Assembly: GCA_029953675.1 (NCBI GenBank)
Contig: JAMWBK010000002.1
Location: forward strand, 3,224,001-3,288,000
DNA: 64,000 nucleotides
Direction: 5' to 3'
DNA from: Rhodosorus marinus CCMP1338
Lineage: Eukaryota; Plantae; Rhodophyta
The position numbers and the translations under genes were made by a program. Below are positions 39,051-51,443 of this stretch, piece after piece (position 1 is the stretch's first letter; each line of letters starts with the position of its first letter). Under the pieces are notes generated by a model. It saw only the letters and a list, made by a program, of their open reading frames with translations. It was not told the origin of the DNA and did not search any database.

Positions 39051-40073
39051 GAGCTCGTTTGTGCAGTACTACTTTATTCCCTGGTTTTTCCTTGGATCGA
39101 TGAGGAATCGCCCACCGCCTAGGAAACTATTTTATTGTTAATGTTGCCGTAAGTCGTTGCACTTGGGCAGCTGTTGTCACGCAGTAGTAGAAATGCGTTC
39201 CACCTATGTTCGCTAGTCTTGTACATAATGTAAAGGCAAAATAACCTATTGAATTGAATCTTGACGCTTAAAAGAAAGTGCCACGAGCCATGCTAAAAAG
39301 GTTCTTCTTCAGGTCAGCTCAATCACTTCTGCGATCGTTTTCAGCGTGGTTGGGCCTTTGATAAAAGGCCCCAATAGCCTTCAAGCGTCTTGAAGTCCTT
39401 CCTATCCCGCACGACAGGATCTGCATCTGCAACTGCAATTGCTTTTGCGTAGGACCAAGAATGACGGTTTTTGCTCACAAGGACGGTCTCGAGCTAGAGC
39501 AAAGCGCAGTCTGCTCTTCAGTCTATACACAAACGTGCTAGGTGGCGAGCGTGAGGTGGGCACCAGTGAAAACTGCGTCGTTCTAAACTCGGCCAGTTGT
39601 GAAGAATGCGCTGACCCATCCACACCAGCCCAGCAACATGGCTTCATTCGGTCAGAACAACAGAAGCCAGAGGCAAATAAACCATCCGGGTCGCTCATGC
39701 AGTGGAGAAAAGCTAATGGGTCGTTTTCACCAGCGTCGCTCTGCTAGGATCTGCAACGACCCAGGAAATGACCTCTGGAGGACTGGTTCAAGTTGCACAG
39801 CGATCATTAAGTACGCGGATCTTGTTTTGGCTTGTGAAATCTGTTTTATAAGATTTCACCGATAAGATCTACGGCTAGGTAATTCGACAACTGGTGCACT
39901 GCTGAAATCCTACCGTTCAACACCAGCGTTCGGCAAGGTCGAGAACTAACTTTTGAATCACTTCAACTAGTTCGGACTGATTGGAATGGTGCTTGCCGCA
40001 GCGAAAGCTCCGTGAATGCTCAGGTTTTGGTCTCGTAAGGAATTGTCTTGTTTTTGTTGGAGGACCGATCGAG

Positions 40074-40409
40074 ATGTCGCAAGTGCGTGCGAGTCATATT
40101 CTTGTCAAGCACAGTGGTTCACGCAGGCCCTCGTCTTGGAAAGAGCAGGTGGTGACCAGGAATAGGGAGGAAGCTATTCAAATCCTGGAGGGGATCCAGC
40201 GGCGACTAGCGAATGGGGAAGACTTTGCTCAGATCGCGAGCGTGGAAAGCCACTGTTCTAGTGCCAAGCGCGGTGGCGATCTTGGAACGTTCGGACCGGG
40301 TCAGATGATGAGACCGTTCGAGGAGGCAACATATTCCCTCAACGTTGGCGAAATAAGCGGAATTGTTGAAACTGATTCTGGCGTCCATCTAATCATGCGC
40401 ACGGCATAA
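40074..40409 (+). CDS. PIN1: Single-domain parvulin peptidyl-prolyl isomerase (Pin1-type, no WW domain), intronless
   Basis: VRASHILVKHSGSRRPSSWK, SHCSSAKRGGDLGTFGPGQMMRPFEEATYSL and TDSGVHLI. Confidence 0.93.
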   Translation: MSQVRASHILVKHSGSRRPSSWKEQVVTRNREEAIQILEGIQRRLANGEDFAQIASVESHCSSAKRGGDLGTFGPGQMMRPFEEATYSLNVGEISGIVETDSGVHLIMRTA

Positions 40410-40638
40410 AATTGCTTCTCTCCGAATTCGGTAGATGGCTTTCAAAGGCACCATATGATGGTGCTCGGGTGGGACGACTCTCCAGAAAACGGATGGATAC
40501 CTCTTTGCTGCTGTTTGCTAGGTCTGCTAGACTATTCGTTTTATCGTTATCCTCCAATAAACAAGTACATTGACATTGTTCAAAGTCGCAAGGGTCATAC
40601 GGCGTCAAACCAATCGCTTACGACCAAGGCCCGTGTCC

Positions 40639-40780
40639 ATAGTACTGAAGATTTGCTGGAGCTTGTTGAGTAACCGAGGAATGAATTTTCTCATGGTCTT
40701 GTGATAGTACTGAAGAGCTGCTTGAGCTTGGTAAACAACCGAGGTACGGATATGATTTGTTTTTTTCTCATGATCTTGTT
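40639..40780. repeat. Imperfect tandem duplication, 65-bp period
   Basis: ATAGTACTGAAGA...GAGCTTG...AACCGAGG...TTTTCTCATG.TCTTGT starting at 40639 and 40704. Confidence 0.8.
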
Positions 40781-40969
40781 TAGTTGTTTGTTATGATCGG
40801 AGTGAACGACTGCAGGCTGAATAAGGGTGGAATAAAACAGATTGTTGGGGAAACAGGTTGGGAGGCCATCTTCACCCGTTCATGGGTATCAAAACGATGC
40901 GCATATCGAGATGGAGTCCGATGATACACTTTTTCATCACGCGGCCGCAGAACTTGTTGACAAGCTAGC

Positions 40970-41342
40970 TCAATCGTCATCTTCGGGCTCCAAGTGCGGG
41001 AAAGTCTTGTGAATATCTTCAAACGTTTTCTAAGCAATATGAGCAAAAGATACAAGAATCAGACTAGAGTTTGAACTAAAGCAAAGTGAACTTTCTCGAG
41101 AGTGGTAAACAGGAAGTTTCAAGGTTGGTTAAGCCCAGCTACACATTTAGAACCGGCATCGCAAGCACTCTTACCCCAGCGTTACGAGAAGCCCAAATAC
41201 CGTCCACCGTTCTATTCATCACGTTCATACCGACAAAGCCAGCCAGAATCAACGACGTAACATACGTCGATGTTCTCTTCATAAAAATGTTGTAAACGGC
41301 ATTTCGAAACTTCTGCGGATTTGTTAACTCCCTTTGAAACAT
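40970..41342 (-). CDS. QCR9: Cytochrome bc1 complex subunit 9
   Basis: MFQREL...AVYNIFMKRTSTYVTSLILAGFVG...VDGIWASRNAG|KTFEDIHKTFPHLEPEDDD*, with one phase-0 GT-AG intron. Confidence 0.88.
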
Positions 41343-42866
41343 GGCCACCAAAAACTAGTTATTCAATCCCCCTCTGCCTCCTCCTAAAAAACGAACGCAA
41401 GACTTCAACACCTTCGATCCAAAATCAAACACCCCAACAAAACGAGAACAATATCCTATCCTTCAAAAACTACTCTTCAAAACAAACAACCAAACCAAAC
41501 CAAACCAACCCTAGTATAAACAACCTCAAAATTCCAAAAAAACCACTCTTTCACATCATCAGTATAACAGTCCTCAGTCCTCACCCAAAACTCGTTCCAC
41601 TACCCCCAAAAAACGATTCAACAACTCCTACAACCATCGTCCTCATCATTCATCATCGCCTTCCTTCGCTAAAAAAGACCCCCCCCTCCAAAAGGCCAAA
41701 ATACACACACTTAACCTCTACTCTACTCCTCGTCAAAACCAATCAACCTCCAGACAGCCTGTCTAAATATCAAAGATATATTTTTATTAAACAAAAGAGT
41801 ATTGTTGTGATGGTTGAAATTGCTCTAGAATACGGGTATATGAGAACCTCCGCGAAGAGTTCTAACAAGGGGGTACTGGGCTAGACAGTCTGTCGCAATA
41901 CTTTTCGTTTAGTCGTAAAATAGAGGGCTGGAACGTTTGTTTTGTTGAAAGGAAAGTAGGAAATTTTGTCTATTTTTATTTTCTTGAAGAAATTCGGGGG
42001 CTCGTAAAAGATGATTTCTGACAGACTGTCCTGAAAAAGGTAAGCTTCGTTTTGTAGTTAAATTAAGAGGGATATGTTGTTTTAGTAGAAATCGAGGAGG
42101 AGGGTTTGGTATTATAATGATTGATCATGATTGACTCTAAACTGGAAGAGGGCGCGGGCTTGTCTTTTTGAAGAAATTGTTTTGTATCCGGTTTTTTTTT
42201 GATGAGATGGATTTATAGAATCACAGATACGGTCTGTGATTGGGTATTTAGTATGTTTTATTTTAAATTTTATTGAAGCCGTTCAACGAGAAAATTCAGG
42301 CGGGTTTCTTCGTGAGCTGAGCGGAGACGTGGGCGGGGGTTTTGCTTTGTTGGATGATGAATTGAATAGATGATCTAGGCAGTATAGAAACGAGGAGCTC
42401 TGGAAGATTCGTGATGGACCCAATCCTAAACAACGTACATGAGTTGCCATCGCCCCCTTCATGGCAGAGGCCTGGAAAGATAGTCAAAAAACCACCCTCG
42501 GGACAGAATTTGTTACATGCTTCATAGAAGGATGAGGTACTCGAAAGAGAAAGAGTTGGAACAGATTGAAACAGTCTGCAGATGTTCAAGAAGGCCTAGA
42601 TTAGTCCAAGGTCGTCAGAACTGTCAATGCCAGTTGGTATCGATGACCCTGTATCATGGATTTCCCCCCCCCCCGCCCAAATGGATTTCAAGGTAGGATT
42701 TTGGATCTGATGGCTGGCATGCGGAAGACTATTAGAGATATCGAGTTTCCTTGCTGAGGACGAGGGGATCGTGGACACTTACTTCAAGTTTTCAGCGGCG
42801 GTTTTTTTGAGAATTTCTCTGGTTGGCTTTGTGCGCGTGTGTCGTTTGAACGAGGCGGCTTCTGCG

Positions 42867-44940
42867 ATGGGTTTCGTGACTGGCAGTGGCGTGTCCACTG
42901 TGAGCGTGAGGAGGAGGGTAGAATCGAGGCGGGTGAGGACATGGCGTTCAGTGAATGGGGGAAGAAGGGCGTTCGTTCCGTCAATGGCGACGGCGCTTGA
43001 AAAGGGCAAGCATTTGAAGGAACGTTATGTTCTCGGCGAAGAGCTAGGAAGAGGATCGACGTCAGTGACTTTCTCGGCGGTGGACAGGAAGAGCGGAAGT
43101 GAAGTGGTAGTCAAGGCTCTTGCTCTGAGAGGATTGCAATCGTGGAAAACGCTGGAATTGTTTGAAAGGGAATCGAAAGCTTTAGCAGCTCTGGACCACG
43201 TGTCTATTCCAAGCTATGTGGATTCGTTCCAGGAGGACACAAAAGATGATCGAATGTTCTTTCTTGTCCAGGAACGAGCTCCGGGGAAGTAAGCGCTCGC
43301 ATCCGCGCACTCGATAAATGGCCTGAACTGCATGTTGAACGCATCTTTCTGATCCGTATGCTTCTTCTTCTGCGGATAGGAGTCTTTCGACGCTCATGGA
43401 GGAAAGGTGGAGGGCAACTCCGACACAAGTCGAAGATGTTCTCAGACAATTGTTGGGTGTGTTAGACTATCTGCAGACGCTTTCGCCCCCGGTTATTCAC
43501 CGAGACATTAAACCATCGAATGTAATGATCGATGCAAGAAATGGAATCCGTCTTTTCCTCGTTGATTTCGGGGGTGTGGTCGAAGGTAGCCGAGGCATAG
43601 AAGGGAAGGGCAGCACGATGATAGGTACCTTCGGCTATATGGCACCAGAGCAGTTCACGGGAGCGGCGACGGCTGCCACAGATCTATACGGTGTGCATAC
43701 GATCGAGAGCGGACATCTGCACGTTTTGAACGAAATCCTCAAGAAATCCTGGCCGGTTTGGCTCCTTTTTTTGTTGCAGGAATTGGCGCAACGATGATAT
43801 ACCTTCTGACAGGCAGGGAGCCTGGAGAGCTTCCGAGAAGTCGGCTTCGAATTGATTTCAAGTCTGAGGCTGAGCAAAGATACCTCAGTTCCGCTATTCT
43901 TAGCCGTGTCATCGAGGTTGTCGATCAGCTAACTGAGCCGGCTCCTGAAGACCGATTCAGGACTGCTCGTGAGGCCCTTGACACTTTGAGAGGCGCACCA
44001 CAAACGGCCAGGACTCAACCAGCGTTCTGGAATCAGGTACAACAGAGCCGAAAACGATGTTCGGTAGCTCGCACTTGTCTTTGGACGCTTCACCGTTTCT
44101 TGTTTCTTATCCACCACCTCATCCCCATAGCTGATGTCCCAGGTAAAGGAAGAAGCTGATCTCGCCGTGGACGTTGCTGTGGAAGCTCCTCCCAAAGGCA
44201 GCAAACTGATAGTTGAGAGAGATGAGGATCGACTGGCAATCACAGTTCCCTCGGAGGGCGTTACGGGTAAGAAGCTGCTCGTCAGGCTTTGAGGGATGCT
44301 GAGCCGTTGGGGAAAAGAGGATCCACTGAGTGGTTTGTCCTTTCGTCTTGTTCTTCCACAGCTGGCACTGTTTCTAATGGAATGTTTTCCCTGACCTGGA
44401 ACGGTGTCGTGGGTGCATTTACCTGGAGCGCTCTCACGGTTGGTAGCCTACCCGCTGCTGCTTTCAGCATTCCGTTTTGGATTGTTGGCGGGCATCTACT
44501 TAGGAGAGCGGCGAAGAACGTAACCGAGGAGTCCATATTCTGCACTGACCGAAAGACGAGAAGGGTTTTCGTGATATTGAGGTCTTTCGGTCGGGAGTCA
44601 ATCCAGATCCTTGAGACAAGGCAGATCCAGGACATTCGCGTAAGGGTCCAAACGCTTTTCTTCGCAACCAAGCTGGCTTATGTTTCCTGACGCTACGCTT
44701 TATTTCATCACGACTATGATTATGTAGGTGGCGGTGATTCAGTATGTTAATGGGAACCCAATCTATTGCCTAGAAATCATCGAAGGCGTGAAAACTTTCC
44801 ACTTTGGACAAGGCATGAGGGAAGGAGACCTGCTCTTCATTCAATCCCAGCTTTGTAACTTCACGGGGAGAGGAGTACCAGGAAGGACTCGGAGACCAAC
44901 ACCAATGGATCTGAAAAGAACCACAGATGACGAGTTTTAA
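42867..44940 (+). CDS. Plastid-targeted cyanobacterial (Pkn2-type) Ser/Thr protein kinase with C-terminal membrane segments
   Basis: MGFV transit peptide. LGRGSTSVTF, VVVKAL, SWKTLELFERE, VIHRDIKPSN, LVDFG and GTFGYMAPEQF. Hydrophobic tail WNGVVGAFTWSAL...FSIPFWIVG. Five phase-compatible introns. Confidence 0.88.
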
Positions 44941-46696
44941 CCTGTCTCATCCTGCTTCCACATCACCGCGGAAGGCTCTAAGTTATCCTCCCCCCCCACC
45001 CGGTCGAGTCGGCCCATTAGTAACCCTGCTAATATTCAATTAAGCAAATTTTATATCCAACAAAAGAAATACTTGAATTTAATATCTGCGTTGTACTAAA
45101 TTTAACAGCCTGTCATTAATTCATCCAATGATAATGCAACGATCTTAAGAAGTTTCCAATTTTCTATATTCATGATGCCTGAATCTTACGGAAGTATTAA
45201 TATATTTTTTAATTGAACTATGATATTTTTTTAGGGCCCAGCTGAAAGAAGTGGCAGGAATTTCCAGTTCCAGAATGGAAATGGTTTTTTTTTATATATT
45301 TCGTTTTTGATCAGATGAATTAGGAAAAGAGGAGGAGGGGGGGGGGTGGGGATTGGGGTGGTTTAGAATAGAGTGAAGATAATTTTTAATTTTTTTTTGT
45401 TCCGATGGCATGATGAGTGTCACATGTCGGATAACTGAAGGCATAGGGCAAATTGACATTTTCCCTGATGGCGGGGAAGATAGCGACGCCGTCCTTTCCA
45501 GGAAATGGAGTTTTTTTTTTTTTCGAGTTGTAGAATTTTGTTTGATGGAATGGATGATGATGAACAAAGGACAGAGCAGGAGTAGAGTTGCTGGTCCCAC
45601 TTTTGCTGATCATCTGACGACATTCTACGACGAAGTGTTGTCTAGTATACAAACGTTGGCCTACGTTTGCGAAAACCCATAGGGCAAACCCCTCGCCCAT
45701 AATGTTCACCAGTCATCACGGTTTTCCAACTGGAGAAGAAATTGAATCGACTGTCACGCACAGCTTTTCTTTTTTTTTGCTTTCTAAACCCCCTACGGTT
45801 TAGCGCAACAGAATAAACTGATGCTCATATTCACACTCACTCTTCGCCTCTGGTACAGCAAAACCAGAAACCAGAACCAAACCAATCTAAACAAAACCAA
45901 ATACCTAAATGCTGAACAGTCCATCCACTGAATACATACCCCCTTCCTCCTCCCATCCCATTTTCCCTTCACTATCTTAATGACGATCAACAAGGGAGGG
46001 AAAAAGAAAAAACACCAAGGATTGTTTTGCTTAGCAAACCTTACACGACACTCAAAGCGCTTTCTCTCCACATTCCAGTCGAATGTCGTGTCTCCCTCAT
46101 TCAATTATTTCCTTTCTAGTCTTCAGAAACAACTGATGACAACAAAATCAATATATCAAGAATTACCAAATGAGGATCAAGCCTTTTCCATCTCTCTTAA
46201 CACTTTCCTGCCTGTGGGAACGTCAACGGGAATGATGACCAACGGAATGTCAAGAACAGATGAGAAGGAGTCAGGAGGGGGGGGGCGGGAGAGTGGGGGG
46301 AGTGGTAGTGTGGTGGGATGGGGTTGATGGATGGATGTGGGTTGGAATGAAAAAAAAAAAAAACGGACAATTGGATTACGTTTAGTTTGGTAGGGATTGA
46401 TGATGAGGATGGTAGAAATGTAAAGGTGATGAATAACAATCAGAACGGGGGTTGGGTTGGGGTGGAAGTATGAGATAGGAATTTTGTATTTGTTTGGGAA
46501 GAAGGGTTTAGGTGAGAGTATATAGTTTGTTTTTTTTTCAAGTTGTGGTACGTACGGAGGTGAGGGGGTGGGGGAGTAGTGAAGGGTAGTGTTGAGCTGG
46601 GTTTTTTTGGTGGTGCGTGTGCGTTTGTATGTTTTTTTGTTTTTTTGGGGCAGGTTTTTTTTGAGCGTGGTTTTGCCCGGATTTGTGTAAGCCACG

Positions 46697-47609
46697 ATGG
46701 TTGGGTTTGTGAACGTTTTTAGAGTCGGTGGTGGTGGTAGTAGTGTGAATAGGAGTGCTCGGACTTGTTCGAGGACGGTGGTGAGGGCAGTGGCTCTTGC
46801 TGAGGTGAAAGAGAGGCTCAAGTCTGAGAACATGCGGGATAAGGTGCAGGCGATCCTGGCGCTTAGGGGGAGCTCCGATCAGCAGGGGGTGATGAACATA
46901 ATTCTGGAGAGTGGGGCGCTCGAGGATGACAGGGAACAGGTTCGAGTGGTTGCCCACGTAGCACTTGGGCGTTGTGGGGGTAAGGAGCGACTGATGTCCA
47001 TTTCTCGGATTTGGTTTTGTTTGCATTAATCGTGCCGTGTGTATCGCTGACTTGGGGACCTGGATTACTTCTTGTGGATGGTTTTTAATAGTTCCAAGTG
47101 GCGTACCCACTCTGCTTCAATCGATGAAGAAGGACAAGGACATGGGTGTCCGGGCAGCTTCCGCGGAGGCGCTGACTGACATTGAGGGAGTATCGGAGAT
47201 GGAGGACGTGTTGGATGCGCTGATAGTGTCTTGGAGGGAGGACCCTGACTACATCGTGAAGCACTCGTGTATTGTTTCTATGGGGTTGATCGGGAACGAG
47301 CGGGCATTGGAAGTTATCACGGGTATCCTGAAAGATGAATCAATGCATGATCTCTTCGTTGGAGCCGCAGCGCTTGCACTCAGGGACATTGCTCCGAAAG
47401 GGGATCAATACCCGGAGCTCTTGGTGAAGAGCTTGTCGAGAAAAGATCCAATGGTCCGCCGTCACATTGCAATCGCGCTTGAGTCATACCCAAGCCAGAC
47501 CTCTCTTCAGGCGCTTCACAAGCTCACAAGAGCGAAGGGAGAGGAAATCTACGTCCGGGATGCCGCCCGCAACTCGCTTAAGCAGGTTGAGAGCCGCATG
47601 GGCTTGTAG
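46697..47609 (+). CDS. Plastid PBS-lyase HEAT-repeat protein (NblB/CpcE-like)
   Basis: MVGFV transit peptide. Repeated HEAT units VRVVAHVALG, VRAASAEAL, VKHSCIVSMG and VRRHIAIAL. One intron at about 46981-47090. Confidence 0.8.
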
Positions 47610-48356
47610 GAGAACATGGGGTAGAACGCAGTTCATCTACGTCGACAGAGAGGAACGTCGAATTAGAAACTATGGACTACTACGAGAACTGAAACTTTTA
47701 AAATTTTGCATAGTGTCCAACGTTTTCGACGATCTTCATCTTCTCGACGTGTTTCACGTGTGAACAGCTTTTCTAGGCTGTTTGGGGCGATTGTAGGTTT
47801 AAGCATTTTTCCTTCTGGATTTTCCTGTTTTGTTTGTATTAAATAGTCTTCTGGGTTTTTGAGGGTTTGTCGTTCCAGCTAGGATCCCCCCTTAGTTTGG
47901 TTTTGTTCCTGTTTTATGGCTTACCTCTTTGCCTACTAGTAAAGCTTTTTGGGGTCGGGCAAAAGTAGAACGTACGCTAAGCAGCCCGTCGGCTACCAAA
48001 AGTTGGTCAGCTTTATATGGGGAACACACATGTCACAGGATCCTCCTCTCCTGACAACACCCTTCCGTATCCACGTATGCGACCAAAACCTCATCTGCCC
48101 GTGATAAAATCATTCCACGGATGGTTAAAAGTCGTTCAAGAAGAACTAGATCCATCTAGTCGCATTGCCTCGGAACACCCAACCCTTTTCTCATGGAACT
48201 TGGAACAGAGTCTTGAGGGAGCAACTTTTCGCTCAAACTGATTGAGCACCCATGGAGGTTTGATATAACCCGTTGAGCCTGACGGAGATATAGGGCAGGG
48301 CACAACCCTCGAGTACCAAAAACTGTGAGCTCCTGGGTGAAAGCAATAGTACGAGC

Positions 48357-49905
48357 ATGGCGGGGAAGCAGATGACTCCTTCGGACGTGGTGGAGGCGAG
48401 GAGTGACACGCCAGGGACTCGGAGCGTGATCCATTTCAACAATGCAGGAGCTGCGCTCATGTGAGAGTCAGGCCCAACAAAAAAATATATACGCTCTGTC
48501 TGATTTTTCTCTGTAGATTCTTGCGTTTGGTGATGGTCGCATAGCGCTAAGAAACAGCTGCCTCTCTTTCCTTCTAATTTGCTCGTCAACGGATAACAAC
48601 AACAACCCCAGGCCTCAGCCGGTGCTCGACACTGTGGGGGAATACACAGAATTAGAAGCTTACAAAGGAGGATATGAAGCAGCAGCCGCTGCTAAGAACA
48701 AGATTGATGCGGTCTACCAGTCCATTGCTGGCATGTTAAGCTGTTCTCCAGATGAGATCGCTTCCGTTGAAAATGCCACGAGAGGATGGGACTACATCTT
48801 CTACTCCCTACCATTCTCAGCTGGAGATGTTGTGATTACCTCGGAAACGGAGTATGGATCCAACGTAACCTCATTTCTTCAAATGAAGCGATCAAGAGGG
48901 GTCCTCGTCGAGGTTATACCCAATGATCCTTCTACCGGCGTACTGGATGTGAGCTCGCTGTCGAATGCCGTCGCCACTCTCGGAAAACAGGCAAAGCTAG
49001 TTGCCATTTCACACATACCGACTAACAACGGTGTGGTGCACCCGGCTGAGAAGATTGGTAGTATCTGTAGAGAATACGATATTCCCTTTCTCCTGGATGC
49101 GTGCCAGTCCGTCGGACAACTTCCGGTCGACCTTGGACAGATCCACTGTGATGCCCTGACCGCAACTTCGAGGAAGTACTTAAGAGGCCCTAGAGGACAG
49201 GGTTTCCTTTACGTGAATAAGCAAGGTCATTTCTGGGACCTCGAGCCTATGTATTTGGACGTCAGATCAGCGCGAAATGATGAATCCAGTCCGAGTGGTT
49301 ATCAAGTTAGGTTGAGCCCAGCTTAGCCACGGCCTTGTTCCGGAAGTCACTGGGGCGTTGCTAATCTCCGGAATACCAACCTTTGGATTGTCGTAGGTTC
49401 TCCCAGGCGCCATTCGATATGAAAACTTCGAGAGAAGTTATGCCAATTGGCTTGGCATGGGTACTGCTGTTGACTACGCTTGTAAATGGGGTTTAGATGT
49501 CATTGAGAGGAGGATCTGCTTCCTGGCAGAGACCCTTCGCCGTCGACTGGAGGACGAAGTCAAAGGCACAACGGTGACGGATTATGGAGATAGGTATGAT
49601 CAGCCTTCAAGCTTTGGTTTTCCAGGCACCAAGGACGCCGTCCTGGGAACCGATGCTTACCTCTCGAATGGTTTTGTCGCAGGAAATGTGGTATAGTATC
49701 CTTCACAATTGAAGGGGTTGAAGGGGCTGATGTTAAAGCCGCGCTCGCGAAGGAGAAGATTAATGTCTCGTGCTCGAAGGCTAGCTCAACACCGTTCGAC
49801 ATGCGAAAGAGAAAGCTGTCGAGTGTGGTTCGGGCGTCTGTTCACTACTATAATTCTGAGGATGAGATTACGTTATTGATAGAGGCCTTGAAACGACTGA
49901 GATGA
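48357..49905 (+). CDS. Class V PLP-dependent aminotransferase / cysteine desulfurase-like (EgtE-like bacterial subfamily)
   Basis: IHFNNAGAAL|MPQPV, ENATRGW, LDACQSVGQ and the PLP-lysine motif ATSRKYLRGPRGQGFLY. VRASVHYYNSEDEI and TGA at 49903-49905. Confidence 0.85.
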
Positions 49906-50529
49906 GTCACGGTGATGAGAAGTTGGGTTCACGTCCCCTGAACTAATCTGAGCCCGTCGTGTGTTCGCATAGAAAAGCCACGGCAATGAGATGGACAGGG
50001 GGGTTAGGCCGTGAAACCGATGAGAGAGACCAACGCCCAACTAGAATTTTCATTATCGCTAAGTTCTGTTTTGTGGCTGGTGTCCTCTGCGCTCATGGCC
50101 AGAGCTTGCTGGAAGCCCTCTCAGAGAGGTTTAGCTTGAATCGAAAAAATCATGATGAATAAAAGACATCCATCAAATCGCTTGGGGCAAGACTAGGTTG
50201 TCACGGTCTTCCGATTGGGAAGCTTCCATTTTAGAGCAACACAAGCAAACAAACAAATCGACTATTAACAACGCAAACTAGAACAGTTAGAATATAAGAC
50301 CGTTCATCACGGCAACGGCACGACCCTGCCGCATTAGATTAACTAAACCTACAAAAAGAATCAGAGCTGCTAACCTGCCAATTCGCCCTCAAAACCGCGA
50401 ACCTGTTTTTTTGGTGCAGTATTAGTACGTGTCCGGGTGAGTATCAACCACGCTCCTGGACGGGCTACTCCAGAGCGCGTTTCGCATTCGGCTGGCCTGC
50501 GTGGGCTAGTATACAACCCGGAATGTGGT

Positions 50530-51443
50530 TCAAGATCTGTCTTTCGATGAACCGACGTCATCGGGGTTCGACGAATTCATCTCCAGCTCGCAGTGCACAG
50601 TTGCAGCAACGGGCGCTGCAACAACTGTAGAAACCCAATTCAGGACCAACGACAGAGACTTTTGCTTTGGCGGTACGACTCGCACAACAATGTGCTCGCA
50701 TACGAAACCTCTTTCGTTCAGCTTGTACAACGAAAGACCGTCCTCAACTGCAACGTCATCACCCGACTGTAGCGCAAAAAACGTTCAATATAGGTTAGCG
50801 TACAGCCGCAAAGGCCAGGATCTCTGTTCATATTGATTTAACCACTTACCAGTCCTGTAAGTCTTTTCTTTCCGTAAAGTTGCCATCTCACGTACAGACC
50901 ATCTTGCTGATCGTAAAACACATTGGTCAATCGGATGACGGATTCTCGGTAGAAAATGCGACTCCTAAGCCGCAACGCCCAGAAAAAATATTTATACGCC
51001 GGTTTGCCCTGCACGCACACGCCGTTGAAGTTGAACTGATCCCTCAGCAAAATATTGTCAGTAAACATGGTCAGGTCCGGATCTTGCTTCAACAGCTTCG
51101 GGTAATCATCCCGCAGAATTCTAGTAATCTTCCCAACATTGGCGAGGAAATCATTTCGTCGCCGGTCGTCCTGTCGGTTGCTATTACCGACCGCCTTTTC
51201 CACCGCAGGGGTGGGGGCAACCTGATTCGCAGCCATGAAACTGTCGCCCACATTCTCCAAATTCAAATGACCCAACTTAAACTTGTCAGGAATCTCATCC
51301 TCAAGACCGAACAGGGACAACCTCACCAAAGAACCCCTTCTTTTCACCGGCGAGCTTGCGCGTCCGCAAACACAAGTTCCTCTCCCCGCAGTTCTCGCAC
51401 CAACGCCTCCAAGGCCTAGAAAAGCAAGTACGTGTCCACCCAT
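50530..51443 (-). CDS. Plastid NTF2/SnoaL-like protein (DUF2358-like)
   Basis: Transit peptide, then FLANVGKITRILRDDYPKLLKQDPDLTMFTDNILLRD, YVRWQ and DGLSLYKLNERGFVCEHIV. One intron. Confidence 0.75.
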
